From NCBI RefSeq assembly GCF_009914755.1, contig NC_060931.1: a stretch of DNA of 64,000 bases. The stretch is one strand, 5' to 3'. The notes beneath the pieces were generated by a model that saw only the letters and a list, made by a program, of their open reading frames with translations, was not told the origin of the DNA and ran no database searches. This DNA is from the human T2T-CHM13v2.0 reference genome, Homo sapiens. Positions 13,312 through 28,249 of the stretch are shown here, in pieces (the first letter of the stretch is position 1; each line of letters opens with the position of its first letter). Made by a program: the position numbers and the translations under genes.

Positions 13312-14879
13312 GTAAGATGGCGCAAGGACAAGCTCTAGCCTATAGCTGGAAAGTACAACGCACCGTGCCCCACAGCACCCTTTGAGAGACACCTGCCCAG
13401 CAGGAAGGAGGCTGCACTGGAAACATCACCTGAGCACTCCAGGCGAAAACCGGTGAATCAGCTCTAGAGGGTGGCTTAGATCTTTCCCGCCTGGGTTTCT
13501 CACTGCCCTGCCCCAAGCAGTAGAAACTGTAATTCCTTCACACAAGTCTAAGCAACATGATTTCTTCATAAACCTGGCAGATCAACTGGCTATAAAATTT
13601 TCTCTTAAGAAATTAAACAAATTAACCTGTTCAGTGAAGTTATTCGAACAAAATGGTTACATTTGGAGGCAACGCTACTATTTTAGGTTGCTGTAGTTAC
13701 TGTTGAGTCATTCTTTCTGACCATGGATGCCAAGACCATTTATCTATTGACACTAGTTTATGTCAAGGTCTATAAGGAAGAACTTGTGTTAGGTAGAGAG
13801 AAAATAATAAAGCAGAAAGGAACCATGCAGATGATCCAGTACAATCTTCACATTTTCCAGAGGCCTGGAAGTATTTCCCTAAAGCCTGGGGGAAGTCCTG
13901 ACTCTCCCACTTACAATGGTCATTATTCCATGTGAAGACTGTTTCCACCATATAGTTGGTCAGGTATGTGTATTAGGGAGAGATAAAATAATAAAATGAA
14001 GGTGGCTGTTGGATTCCTTAGAATCCAGGGGCCTCATCCACATTGATAAATATTTATCTTGTTCTAATTAGGACCTACATGCCTACATTAACTGGTGGAA
14101 GAGCTCTCAGTTGCATTAAGCTCCCTGGCAGAAAGAAATGGCCTGGAGGCTGCTTCCTCTCAAGTGAGAAAGGGTCTTCCAGGACTGTTCGAACAAAAGG
14201 CATCAGGGAAGTACCTCTTGAGTCTGTCCTGTGAAAGTCAACCCAGTTTCTTGGCTTTCCAGGCAGCCTCACATTGCCTTGACTATTACTCCAGTTCATT
14301 AAATGTTAATGGGTTATCAATATAGGAAGAGTAATCCCCTGAAGTCCCTTTAATATGTTTTATTCTTCCTCTCAAATAAATGATTGATTAACATCAATAG
14401 GAATTGTTCAATATATGCTGTCTGCAAGACTCCTTGCTCCTTGAGGCTTTCTCCTGTGGTTTATAGCCCAGTGCAGACGCCTCGATGAGATCTTAAATAG
14501 AGAGAGTGGTAAAAGTTTATGTCAGCTCGTCAGTGAAATGGAGGTGGGGAAGGATCTAATAAGTGCACTGGCTTGAGGATGATGGCATTTTCATAAATCA
14601 CACTGTTCTTTTCCCTCTTGGTCGGTCCTGCTTGTAGAATCATAGTATCTTAGAGATGGAAAGGGCCTTGAGGTTATTTTTTCCAGCTTCCCATTCTTCA
14701 AGGAATTCCTTCTATAGCTTTCCTGACAGACAGTCGGATAGCACCTGCCTGTACCTCCAGGGATGGGCCTTACCTTCCTCCTGAGGCACGCCTTCAGCTC
14801 CTCTGCAGTTCTGCTAGTGGAAGATTTTCCCCATTCCATCAGTTGTCATAGTTCCTATTCCTTTTTCTCACGACTCAGG

Positions 14880-15047
14880 TTAGAGTTGTAATCTTCCATT
14901 TATTTGATTGCCTCTCCTAAAAGACTGTAAGCTCCAGGAGGCCAGAGGCCCTTTCCTTGTTAGCTGGCCATTCCATATCATGCCTTGCCCATTGAAGGGA
15001 CTCAATGTATATTTGTTGAATGAATGAATGAATGAATGAATGAATGC
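14880..15047 (+). mobile_element. L2 3' end with expanded (GAAT)n
   Basis: GACTGTAAGCTCC...CTCAATGTATATTTGTTGAATGAATGAATG... Confidence 0.75.
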
Positions 15048-15995
15048 ACTTAAGTTTAGAAATTCCAGAAAGAACTAGGAAGATATTACATAACATGAAA
15101 ATGGAAATAGAGTATTTTTTCCCAGATACCAGCTGATGTGCTCAAGATGACTTTAGGGTGAATATGGAGGAAGGAGTGAGGGGAAGTACCCAGGAAAGAG
15201 TGACGGGTTACGACTGAGCAACATTCAGAGCATGGGAAAAACAAAAGGATCTTGACTTTTTAATGCAGCCTGGTAAATATCATTGAGATTTGGCAGGACC
15301 AAAACTGAGCATTGGAAAAGGGATGGAAAAGTCTTCCCTATGAGGAAAGGAGCCCACTTGTGGAGAAGATGAACACTCGCATGGAAGCCCACAGAAGTGA
15401 GAGAGGTGGCCTGGAGGAGGGCACTCGAGTGAGGAGATGGGCACCTCCAGCCTTGGGTCAGTCACAAAGGAAGGACAGAGGCAGGAAACAGGAGCATTCT
15501 GGACAGGGGGCCCTGGCCGCTGCTCACAGCAGCTCATCTTCTGGCGGGAGAGGGTTAGCTCCTGCCCAGTGTCCTCACGTACGAGAGTGGTGAGTTTCTA
15601 ATGCATCACCTCTCACCATGCACCCCAAGACAGCTGCTCTTCTGAATCCTACCTAGAGAAAAAAAAATAACCCACACAATTCTCGCTGTCTCTCAACCTC
15701 CCACATCTAATGAGTCACCCAGTTTTGTCACTTCATCCTTGGGATGTCTCTTGACATGCTTTTTCTTCCTTTCCACTAATGTAGCTCAGATCCCAAATTC
15801 TCTCTGGGACCATCACTTGCCATACGCAGCTGAGTCACATAAAGAGGTTGCCCTTACACAACAGATCTCTGCTCACTGTTGCCTAAGACACTGCACGCTC
15901 TGCTGACATCGTTTATTCTTCCTGAAGAGTCCTTTAGTTCATCACCTGGTGCTTGCTGGCCAGGTTCTATACCATCTTCAAGATCCTGCTTCTGA

Positions 15996-16287
15996 GGCCG
16001 TGTGCGGTGGCTTACACCTGTAATCCCAGCACTTTGGGAGGCCAAGGCGGGCAGATCATTTGAGGCCAGGAGTTGGAGACCAGCCTGGCCAACACGGTGA
16101 AACCCCATCTCTACTAAAAATACATAAATTAGCCAGGCGTGGTGGCACATGCCTGTAATCCCAGCTACTCTGGAGGCTGAGACACGAGATTCACTTGTCT
16201 GGGAGGCAGAGATTGCAGGGAGCCGAGATCGTGCCACTGCACTCCAGCCTGGGTGACAGCAAGACTCTGTGTCAAAAAAATAAAAAA
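15996..16287 (+). mobile_element. Alu (AluS-type)
   Basis: Full dimer. TSD ATCCTGCTTCTG on both sides. Confidence 0.95.
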
Positions 16288-18239
16288 TCCTGCTTCTGTT
16301 CTTCTCTTCATGACTGCCCGTCCAACTCCCTCTGCCCCCTGGCCTGTGATTGTGTTCCCATCTGTACCTTCTTACACTTACCTCCATCTGCCTTATGTGT
16401 GCCTTTGAAGTTCCTGCCCTTGCCTCCTCTCTCCCGACACCCTCACCAGCCTCTGAATCTCTGAATGGTCTTAGTCACGCTTGCTTCCAGTCAGCCTTAC
16501 ACCCCAGCATTGTGTTTTACATACAGGCTGCACTCACTGAATGTTTATTGACTTGAATGGGATGTTTCTTCCTAAGACATCAATTCCATGTCTTATGATT
16601 TTTCATGCTTTTCAAAATATTTTCACAGAGTCTGTTTCAGATCATTCTTGGTGCTGGTATCACACAAGCTGAGCTGCCTTCCTGGGGTTCACCCTTTGCT
16701 CTCCTTTGCTCATCTCCGTTGTTCTGGTCTCCTCCAGAAATCTGCTGAGGTGACATCGTCTCCAGTGACCTCAGCCAATTTGTTCCAACATGGGAATGAC
16801 ATGCTGATTTAAAACAGTTGAAGCATACTCCAGAATGACTAGAAATGGTCTCGTGTTTGAAGTTTCTGCTCATTGGTGGAAGTTAAAATTCCAGTTTCTC
16901 CAGCAACATTTGGTTAAATGTCCCTATCCAGCATTGGAACTGCTCACTGATCTCTTTTTTTGGGGGGGTTGAACCCCTGCCCATCTTCTCAGTATTTCAA
17001 GGGCATAGTCACTTGGCTGTAATAACTGCTCAAACTATTTACTCACCAGTTTTAAGTATAGATCAGCCTGGTGTTTATGTGATAAAATTCTAGAAACTTC
17101 TTCCTTTGCATCTTTCTCTACCTGTGCCCACCAAGAAAAGGAGCCGTACTTCACCCCATAGCCGTAGATCAAATGAAAAGAAATAAATTTCTCACTTGTC
17201 TCTACCCTATGCTACCTTTTCCTTTGTTAAAAAGGGAGATAAAAGAGAAAAGAAAACACTGGTCTACATAAATAGCACTAAATATAAACAGTGGAAATGG
17301 GCTTCTGGGCTTTGAACTCTACAGGGAAGTTGTTATGGCAACCTCAAGTTGAATTCACTGGGGGGGAAGTGTCAGTATTAATGAGATAAGATCGAACTTG
17401 TGACTCCAATGGTAACTGTATTCTCCAAGGTTTTTCTTCTTACTGAGACAAGAAGCAAAGCCTTTATTTTATCAGTGACATCTAGATTTAGAATTGGGAG
17501 ACAAATTGTGTGGGCATTGGGGCCTGGAGTTTAGTTTCCAGGATGAGGTTTCTATTTCTCTGTTGAGAGGAATTAGAGCCACTCCTAACACACCTGCTTT
17601 AGCTATTCTTGTTCAAAGCCTATAGTTGTAAATTTAGAGGATGGGTAACATAGACCATTAATTCCCTAAAGAGACTTGAAGTTCACTTAAATTTAAGGAT
17701 TTTTTTTTTTTATTTTTTTTTTTTTTTTACTGGAGTGTTACACAGATTTTTCTATAGGGATAAGGTAATAAGATATAATTGATATTGTAACTGTCCAGTG
17801 GAGGTTAAGTTCCCAAAACAGTGATTGACCATGGGTCAAGATTCCCCCAATGAAGAAGAAATTCTAAAATCTGAAGAGAGAGAGAAATAAAAAAAAATAA
17901 TAAAAAAAAACCCCAGGTAATGGAAAGCCCTGGTTGAGGGCGAGAGGAAAGGGTTGCAGAGCACCCTGAGCAGGTACTGCCTATGGAAGTACTGACTCTG
18001 ACTTCAGAGGTGGGGAGACAGAGGTAAGAGCATGAAGTATGTAAATACTCAAAGTGTTTATACTGCATTACTTTATCATGGAAGTAAGTAATGTATGAAA
18101 TTTGCATTATAGAAATTAGACTGAGATGCTAATCATTTCTTGTTCCTAAAGCTGAAGACATCTATAAAATAAGTTTCTAATTCGGAGAGGTGAGCAAGGA
18201 TCCACAGGTTAAGCAGACTTCAAAAATATACCATCTAGT

Positions 18240-18428
18240 GCCGGGCACAGTGGCACACGCCTCTAGTCCCAGCTGCTTGGGAGGCTGAGGCAAAGGATCA
18301 CGTGAGCCCAGGAGATCGAGGCTGTAGGGTGCTAGTTCAGGGCTGTTGTGCACTATGATTATGCCTGCGAATAGCCACTGCATTCTAGTCTGGGCATCAT
18401 AGCAAGATCTCATCTTAAAAAAAAAAAG
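18240..18428 (+). mobile_element. FAM (fossil Alu monomer, 7SL-derived)
   Basis: Single monomer that retains the 7SL-like GAATAGCCACTGCA segment, has an A tail, and has CCATCTAG on both flanks. Confidence 0.75.
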
Positions 18429-18919
18429 GAGTATGCCCTCCATCTAGAAGGGGAACAGTGAGCCCCAGGGCACAAAGAGAGGGAACAAAAAAGTAAGGGT
18501 GGGCAAAGCAAATGAAGGAGGATAATAGCAACCAGAAAAACTTCTTCCCAAATGTTGTTTATTTGTTGAAAGAGTAAACTCATTCATAAACTATGGCCAT
18601 GTATAAACACCACTGTACTAACCCAAGGAGACATAGGAGTGCCTCAGAACAGCAGTTGGTTGACTAATGCCAAAAAGGGCCTGGAGCCTCTCAAAACCCC
18701 ACCACCACAAACACATGAAAGAGCTACTTCTTCTGGGCAGACCCTTAAATGGAAAAGCCTAGAAAATACCAACACTGCAAACTGAACTACTTTGCAATTC
18801 TCTCCAAATTCTGTCTTCACCATGCTGGAAAAATGGAATAAAGAACCAAAATCAACGATAGCAGTGTAGATTGCATGTAATAAAGAGCTAAAAAATTTAT
18901 GTATTTCATAGCCTACAAA

Positions 18920-19110
18920 GCCCCTTCATAAATAATCTTTGCAAAGCAATCATGTGAGCTAGACAGGACAGATAGAGTGACTCTCGTTTTACAAAGGGAG
19001 AAAGTGAGGCTTGGAGAGCCGACCAGACCTGCTAAAACTGTACAGCTTCCAAGGGCTAAACCTGGAACTTGAGCCCAGGCTGAATTCTCTGTATTCAGAC
19101 CCTCTGCTCT
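18920..19110 (-). mobile_element. MIR
   Basis: TTTTACAAAGGGAGAAAGTGAGGCTTGGAGAG...GGAACTTGAGCCCAGG. Confidence 0.6.
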
Positions 19111-20614
19111 TTCTATGGCAAAGTGCCTCAAGAAACCAGGCAAATCGTACCTATAAAAGAAATGTCAAATCACGCAGAATTCACATAAAATTACTTGAAA
19201 AGGCTCCTGCCTTTCATCCCAGGCTGTCCTTCACGCTGCTGGCATATCCTGCAAATGTCATGGCTTCAGTGCCCAGGGTTTTGCCAGAAAGAACATGCTG
19301 CCAGCCTGCCGAATGAAGGATGCGACTTGAGAAGCAGCAGAATTTGGAGAGGAACAATGGAGTTCTCCTTCTAGGGGGTGGGATCAGTGACCATAGTTCT
19401 CAGGGGGCAGTGATGAAACAGGGCTTTGTGTCTATTCAGGAATAGTATCCAGAAGCTCACTTATTTTTGCTTTCCAAATAAGTAAATATCAGAAAGGATA
19501 GCTGAGGTCAGTCTAGAAAATTAGAATTTGCTTGGGGGAAAAATATGTTCTGGAAAAGATAAACAGTAGCTTGCAGTTTCACTGTTGGAACATTTGTTAC
19601 AAGGTCCTGGTATTGATCTTTTATCACCCAATTTCCACTGGGAGCCATGATGTATTACCACACTGGGAAGCTCTAATGCAAGTGCGTGAATCAAGGGAGA
19701 TTCTAGACAACATCTGTAGTGAGGCAGCATCCATTTGAGGGAGGGAAGATTGGGAAGGGGGTGTTGCTAGCTGCAAAATTCCAAGGGGAGTTTTGCGTTG
19801 TGCTGTGTGCAAATGCATATCCGTGCTGGGGAGTGTTATGGGTTTATGAGGAGAGTGATTAAAATTGTATCAAAGAGGCTTATGAAGCTTATGGTTCAAG
19901 TTAACTGTATGAAGTAAACAGCCTTTAACGGCCTCCTGGGAGTGTGACAGATAGTCTGTGGGTGTTACGGCAACATGGTACTGGTGAATGTTCTGGCCAT
20001 CCCAAACTAATCACCATCTGTGAGCATGGGTCTCTGGGGAGCGTCTGGTGGTTGGACAATCATGGTAGTTAGCATTTTTAATCAGCTTCTGTGCGGCACA
20101 GATAGAAACCTTATGCTCAAGCCTTTCTTTTTCTGTCTGTGTAGAATTACTTATGATGATGATAGCAGAGCCGACAAGGGTTTGGGTTGTGCCTCTGCAG
20201 GATACATTCTGTGGTTCTCTGCCCTCCCTCTTCCCCAGCCCCCAGCCTGACCGTGGAAATTAGCCTGGCCACTGCTTATGGTCACTGCTTTTATTACTTC
20301 TCTTTACCACTAGCAAAAGGGATGTCAGGGGAGGGGGGATGTTTCTGGGTTTAGTGGGACTGCTGCCTCGGGTCAGGATCTTGAGTTTGAGATTCTTCTC
20401 TCTCCTGCTTTCCTCTCCTACTGCTTCCTTCATCACCACCACCTCTAGCTCTGCCCCAACATTCACTCACCCATCAGGCACCAACTTCTTTTTTCTTGTT
20501 CTTATTATCGTTGGGAAGCATTACTTGAGGGCATCGTTGGATGCCCTCTAAGGGACCCAGGCAAAAGGGGAAGTCAATGGTACCATCCCTAGAAGTAGGC
20601 AGGCCTCATGGATG

Positions 20615-20722
20615 TTTTTGCTGTGCAACAGACTTGAGCAGCTGTGACAGACTGTAAGGTCTGCAAAACTAAAAGTATTTGTGATACAGCCCTTTAGAGA
20701 AAAGGTTGGCTGACTCCTGGCT
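20615..20722. mobile_element. MER58-like hAT-Charlie fragment
   Basis: GCTGTGACAGAC...CTGCAAAACTAAAAGTATTT...CCCTTTAGAGAAAAGGTTGGCTGACTCCTG. Confidence 0.55.
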
Positions 20723-20741
20723 TAGAGTATTCCTTATTCTT

Positions 20742-20843
20742 GAGAAATATTTGATCTAGCAAACTGTACTAAGATGAGACATAAATATCTAAGAGAAATA
20801 TTTGATCTAGCAAACTGTACTAAGATGAGACATAAATATCTAA
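20742..20843. repeat. Perfect 51-bp tandem duplication
   Basis: GAGAAATATTTGATCTAGCAAACTGTACTAAGATGAGACATAAATATCTAA occurs twice (20742-20792 and 20793-20843). Confidence 0.95.
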
Positions 20844-21027
20844 ATCAGAATATACATTTCATTAGGCCAGTATATGCACGTTTCATGGTAGGTAACTAAT
20901 TCAGTGGGCTGATTAAAATAATTTATTGTAACAAAAGTATTTGGAACTGCCTGTAATTAAAACTAAGATTTATTAAAGAAACAAAAGTCGCCAGGCCTGC
21001 AGACAGCTAGATCCTGTGCGTGAGGGT

Positions 21028-21453
21028 TGTCTTAGTCCATTTTGTGTTGCTCTAAAGGAATACCTGAGGCTGGGTAATTTTTATAAAGAAAAGAGGTTTA
21101 TTTGACTCATGGTTCTGCAGGCTTTGCAAGCATGGTGCCAGCATCTGCTCTGCTTCTGGTGAGGCCTCAGGAAGCTTTTATTCATGGCAGAAGGTGAAGA
21201 GGGAGCAGGCATGTCATATGGTGAGAGACGGAGCAAAAGAAAGGGCTTGGGGGTGGGGTTCCAGGCTTTAAATAATCGGCTCTCATGTGAACTGATAGAA
21301 GGAGAGCTGACTCATCACCAAGAGGATGGCACCAAGCCATTCATGAGGGATCCACCCCCATGACCCCAACACCTCCCACCAGGCCCCACCTCCAACACTG
21401 AGGACCACATTTTACCATGAGATTTGGAGGGGACAAATATCCAAACCATATCA
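21028..21453 (-). mobile_element. MaLR solo LTR (MST family)
   Basis: TGTCTTAGTCCATTTTG...GGAGGGGACAAATATCCAAACCATATCA. Near-TSD AGGGT/AGGAT. Confidence 0.9.
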
Positions 21454-21470
21454 AGGATGAAAGGAGAGGG

Positions 21471-21988
21471 TGTCAGTTAGCTTTTGTTATATAACAAACC
21501 CCCCCAAAACTTAGCGACTTTAAACAACTATTTTAAGTAGCTCATAATTCTGTGGGTCAGGCAGGTGATTGTACCTCTCTGGGCCAGCTCAGCTGATCTC
21601 TGCTGGCTTCTGTCAGTCATCTGTGGCCAGCTGGGGTTGGCTGGTCTAGATTGTTTGACTTACGTCTGGTGAATAACAGGCTGATTGGTCTGGGGATGGT
21701 GCTGGGACTTGGCTGGGACAGTTCATCTCTGCTCCATGTGGCTCTTACCCTTCAGTAGGCTAACCCAGGCTTCACTGCATGGCAATCTCAGGATTCCAAG
21801 GAGCAGCAAGAGAGCAGGCCCCAGTGAATATGCACTTTGCAAGCTTCAGCTTGTATCGCGTTGCTGATGAGCCACTGGCCAATGCAAGTCACAAAACTGG
21901 CCCAGAGTTAACGTGGGAAGTGACCCCAAGGATGTGGATACAGGGAGGCATGACCAAATCAGAAGCCATTACTTCAACAATCTCTGCA
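21471..21988 (-). mobile_element. MaLR solo LTR (old MLT1, G/H-like)
   Basis: TAACAAACCCCCCCAAAACTTAGCGACTTTAAACAAC...GCTCATAATTCTGTGGGTCAG...CCACTGGCCAATGCAAGTCACA. Confidence 0.75.
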
Positions 21989-22783
21989 AAGAAGAGAGGT
22001 TTCCTTCTCTTCATAATCTCTACCACCTTTCATGGTGCCTAGAATTTACATTACAGATTTATTCCTTTGGGTCTTAAAGAGTCTGCAGTCTTCAAGAGGA
22101 CCCCTGTTATATGAAGGTGTAGTTGTTCAACCAAGGCCTACCCAGAGCTTAGCTGATAACTGAGAACAGGGTCGATACCAGGGTATCAGACACCAAGAAA
22201 GAATATGAAAGGGAAGGTGAGAAGGCACTAGAAAAAAATGAACTATTTCTGCATTCGCGTATCCAGCTACCCACAAGAAACCCCTACGTGGCTGTTCAGG
22301 GGGCACAGCAAATCCATACTGTCTCAGACCAACCCCATCACCTTGCCTTCTTCCTTCTCTCCAACATGATTTTTCATTCTCGCAGCAAATACAGTGCCTC
22401 GTCTTGACCAGTGAAGATGGAAATGAGGGGAGGTGGAGGTAAAGGCCTGCAGAACAAAATGGAAGAAAGGGAATGACAGGTAGGAAAGGGTAGAAAATTA
22501 TTGCTGAGTCTAAGTATTGAGGGTTCAACTCAGTAATTGATTCCATCCAAGTTTAAGACAGTGGACACATTCCTCTGTTTTTTTGGTTCCTTATCCTTTG
22601 CTTCCACTCCTGAAAGGATTATAATCCTCATTCTTGTAGTTGTGGATGGTTATGGCCAGAGAAGGCCATAGGGACAGTCATCAAGGAAAGCAGAGGCCTC
22701 TCACTCAGGAGATGCCTCAGCATTTTACTGTCTTCAAAGACAACAGCCCAAGTGCTGGAGCAGCCAGAAAGGAACCGGCCTGA

Positions 22784-23073
22784 TTTATTTATTTATTTAG
22801 AGACTTGGTCTCACTCTGTCACCCAGGCTGGAGTGCAGTAGCATGAACACGGCTCACTTGCAGATTCAATCTCAAGCAATCCTCCTGCCTCAGCCTCCCT
22901 AGTAGCTGGGACCACAGGCATGGACCACCATGCCCAGCTACTTTTTAATTTTTTTGTAGAAACGGTCTCGCTTTGCTGCCCAGGCTGGTCTCAAACTCCT
23001 GGGCACACGCGATCCTCACACCTGACCCTCCCGGAGTGATGGGATTATAGGCGTGAGGCACCATTCCCAGACC
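22784..23073 (-). mobile_element. Alu (AluJ-type)
   Basis: Diverged antisense dimer. CTCAAGCAATCCTCCTGCC and AACTCCTGGGC are J features. Confidence 0.9.
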
Positions 23074-23995
23074 AGCCTGTTTTCTAATGGGTGTCCACTT
23101 TAAATCTGAACTCTGCCTCAAGTTGTAGCTGCTGCTGAGAGAACCCTGGCTCTATGCTTTTCTCACAAAAGAGCTGTTCCAGACTGCCCTTAGAATGTTT
23201 TCTCCCGTGGCAGAACAGCTGTTTTCTGTTCAGCTGTCCCTTACATTGTAGCTCTATGCTGGAACTAGCTCGTGTTTAATGCTGTGTTATGGGTAAAGCC
23301 CTCTTGCCTTGTAGGTGACACTAATAAAATCACAGAAGAGATCAAACCTAGAATCTCTGCCGATGCAGACCTCATAGTCAGACAAAGAGTTGGATGCTTC
23401 CATTGCTCTCCTAGCTTAGGCTGGAGCTGGAATTCTCACAGCAACCAGCAGGGAGCTGGCAAGTAATGGCTGCTGTGTCCTGCTAGACCAGGGCCAGCCT
23501 TTAGTAGCAGCTGAGCGTGGGAGTGGCAGGCAAGCTTGGCACCATGCAGCAGTGGGCTTCCTTGGGTGCTGGAAGTACAGTCAGGGAACCCTTGTTCTGT
23601 CCACTCTGCCTACACAATGGTTGCCTTCAGTCTGGAGAGTAGTGAATGGCAATGAGTAATGAGTAAAGGGGGACCCTCTTCATAATGGCAGGGGCTGGGA
23701 GCCTTCTGGGTTGAATATTTTGTAGCACTCAAAGAGATGGCCAACTAAGAGGTCGCTCTGGTATTGCCTTTTCTCTGCCTCCACATCGGCAGGCTTCCAG
23801 CACCCCACTATTCTGGATCTCAACATTGGACAAGTGTACTAATGTTCAAGCAGGGGCCTGGGTGAGATGGCCTCATGGTGCCCTGCTGGTTGCTGCCTTT
23901 TGCTGCTCTTTTACAATCCCTGTACTCAAGGGTTGATTTCTGACGCCTGGGAGGGTTGGCACTTTGGGAAAGACCAATGAGATTTTTACATTTGA

Positions 23996-24380
<385 letters not shown>

Positions 24381-24709
24381 TTTTTTTGTTTTTTAAATAG
24401 GCACTAGGAGAGCAATATCTTTACATTTTGTTACCTGTGAACACTCAGCACAGGACCATATAGGTAATAGTAATGGTGATTATGGTGATGGCAGTAATGA
24501 TGATGATGATTTAGTATGATTCACCAACAGGTTATAAGACTTCAGAATGTCACGAACTGGTGAAAAAAAAATGTATATTTTTTTGTAATTGTAGGAGGCC
24601 TGCATAGAGTTGAATTGCTAGCTTTTTATATTGCCAAGTAAGAATTTTTTTAAAGTATGAATACCATAAACTATCACCATCTATTTCATAAAAAAAAAAA
24701 AAAAAGATG

Positions 24710-24940
24710 TAATGTACTGGTTAAGAGTTGTACACTCAAAGAAATTCTGATGATACCTGGGCTAGTAAGCTGTGTGACCTTGGGAAATTTAAGTAACTTC
24801 TCTGCCTCAGTTCCCTCATTGTGAAATGGGGATGATTATAACTGTAACTACCTTATGGGATTATTGGCAGAATTAAGTGAATTAATGAATGAAAGGCACT
24901 GAGAGCCTGGCACAGAGAGCACTTGGTGCCTCTTATATTT
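24710..24940 (+). mobile_element. MIR
   Basis: GCTGTGTGACCTTGGGAAA...TGCCTCAGTTCCCTCATTGTGAAATGGGGATGAT. Confidence 0.8.
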
Positions 24941-24991
24941 TTATTGTTGTCACTAATACCAAAGAACAAGACATATATAATATTAGAATAA

Positions 24992-25368
<377 letters not shown>

Positions 25369-25700
25369 TGTTGTGTTGTTTTCATCTTACTTGGTTATAG
25401 GCCAGTGGTGATCTGGGAGCCACTGGTGGACCACACTGGCTTAGTTAGTCTTCCTTCTTTCCTCCACCAAAAGACATGCAGAGCGTTACTGCCTTCCCAC
25501 CCAATAAAGAGGATGGTAGGTGAGAAAATAAAGAGCTATACTGTAAGCAGAGCAACTGGGTTTCCAAGGAGGGAGTGTAAAACAAAGGATCTCAGTGTGG
25601 GAGTGTCTAAGGTTGAAGCTGTCCCAAGGCAATACCTTCTACCCCTACTCTAAATTAAAGGAGTCATAACTCTTTGTGGTTCCTGTAAAAGTAGTTAAGA

Positions 25701-25960
25701 GGCCGGCACGGTGGCTCACCCCTGTAATACCAGCAATTTGGGAGGCCAAGGTGGGTGGATCACTTGAGGTCAGGAGTTCGAAACCAGCCTGGCCAACATG
25801 GCGAAACCCTGTCTCTACTAAAAATATAAAATAATTAGCCAGGTAGGCACAAGAATCACTTGAACCAGGGAGGCAGAGGTTGCAGTGAGCCGAGATGGTG
25901 CCACTGCACTCCAGTATGAGTGACAGAGTGAGACTCCATCTCAAAAAATTAAAAAATAAA
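25701..25960 (+). mobile_element. Alu (AluS-type) with an internal deletion in the right arm
   Basis: ATTAGCCAGGT joins directly to AGGCACAAGAATC. TSD AAAAGTA(G/A)TTAAGA. Confidence 0.92.
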
Positions 25961-26273
25961 AGTAATTAAGAGTCAAAGGGCATCATTACATAGAGACACA
26001 AAATGAAAGTCAGTATTGTATGCGCCTTTGCCCTGTTTTAGACCTTCTTAACATATGGGAGCCCAAGTAGCCCAACCATGGTGGAAGAGAAGATTTCATG
26101 GCCTTTCTCGTTGGTCCTCACCGTGAATATGCAGAGTAGGCACACCTCTCTGCAGAGAACTCCTCTAAGAAACCAGATTCAATGATCTGATGATCCCGCT
26201 TCTGCTGATATGCTAGAAGCCAAGGCTTTTTTTTTTTTTTTTTTTTTTTTTTTCAGTAGAAGAATCAAAAGTA

Positions 26274-26577
<304 letters not shown>

Positions 26578-27621
26578 TCAAAAGTAATAACAGGAAGGAA
26601 TGTGTTAGCAACTGTAGAGTATTAGATGTATGGCTGACCTTCCAACCAGCTAGCTCTCTGGTCCCCAGCCCCACTCCACAACACATCCTCAGGTTCCCAG
26701 TTCAAAACTTTAAGGCCGCTGAAACCCAGGCTCCATGCACATTCATCATTTTAGCCCCACTTTCAGACATTTATATGTTGGTGCTCATGCCAAGCCACCT
26801 TGGAAAACAAGGACAAGTATATGTTCCCCTCCACCTCCTTCCCACCAGTACCCAGCGTGAGGTCTGTACATAGTAGATCCTCCATAAATCTGGTGTAAAA
26901 CAAAATAAAAGCAGGTGACCTTCTGTAACCAAGATGTGTGTAGCTACATCCATCCACTCCCAGTACTACAACATTGGATTTTTGTTGCTGTTAAATCAAA
27001 ATTTTAGTCTTTCAGAATTAATTCTCTTTGCTTAAAATTAATTATGACAGGTTGTGTTTTTTACACACTGCTGAAATGTGTAAAGCAGTTTGGGAGAAGA
27101 GGGCCTCCTTTCCTGAGTTGATTTATGTTATATATGCAAACTCTATTAATGTTAAACCATGCTTTTCAATGAAATTAAGACTTTCCAGCAAGCAGCTCTC
27201 TCCATTTTATTTAAAGATCCTAGTGACTGATGCACATTGTGCCCCTGTTGCTACGATAGGAGCGGAGGATGTTGGATCTGAGAGATCTCATGCTTAACCC
27301 TTAAGTGAGAAGTAGCGTGTGGTGTGGGAAGGTAACACAGCTCTCTCCTGTAAGCAGAAATCAAGCGGTGGTCTACTGAGAGCCATTTTATTACTTCCAG
27401 AGAACCCTGAAGGTGAAATGAAGGAGGAAATGAAGGCAGGTGGGAAATTAAAGAAAGAGGAGCAGAAATGGAAGTAAGAAGGACGTAAAAATTTCAGTAT
27501 CTTGAGAAACCTGACTGCCGAACAAAATGTTTGGGCTGGGAAGATGGAGAATGCACGGAGGCCTGCAAGAACATGGGACAGCCATGACATGTGGGCTTTG
27601 TTCTTCCAAAGAGATAAATGA

Positions 27622-28249
<628 letters not shown>

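Noticed and set aside
18590-18900. AATAAA twice followed by a short A run, a possible processed-pseudogene 3' end
   Set aside because: No recognisable parent sequence, ORF or TSD.
26226-26253. Orphan poly(T)/poly(A) tracts (also about 17700-17728 and 24690-24705) as tail-only retrotranspositions
   Set aside because: No convincing TSDs. Simple mononucleotide expansion explains them.
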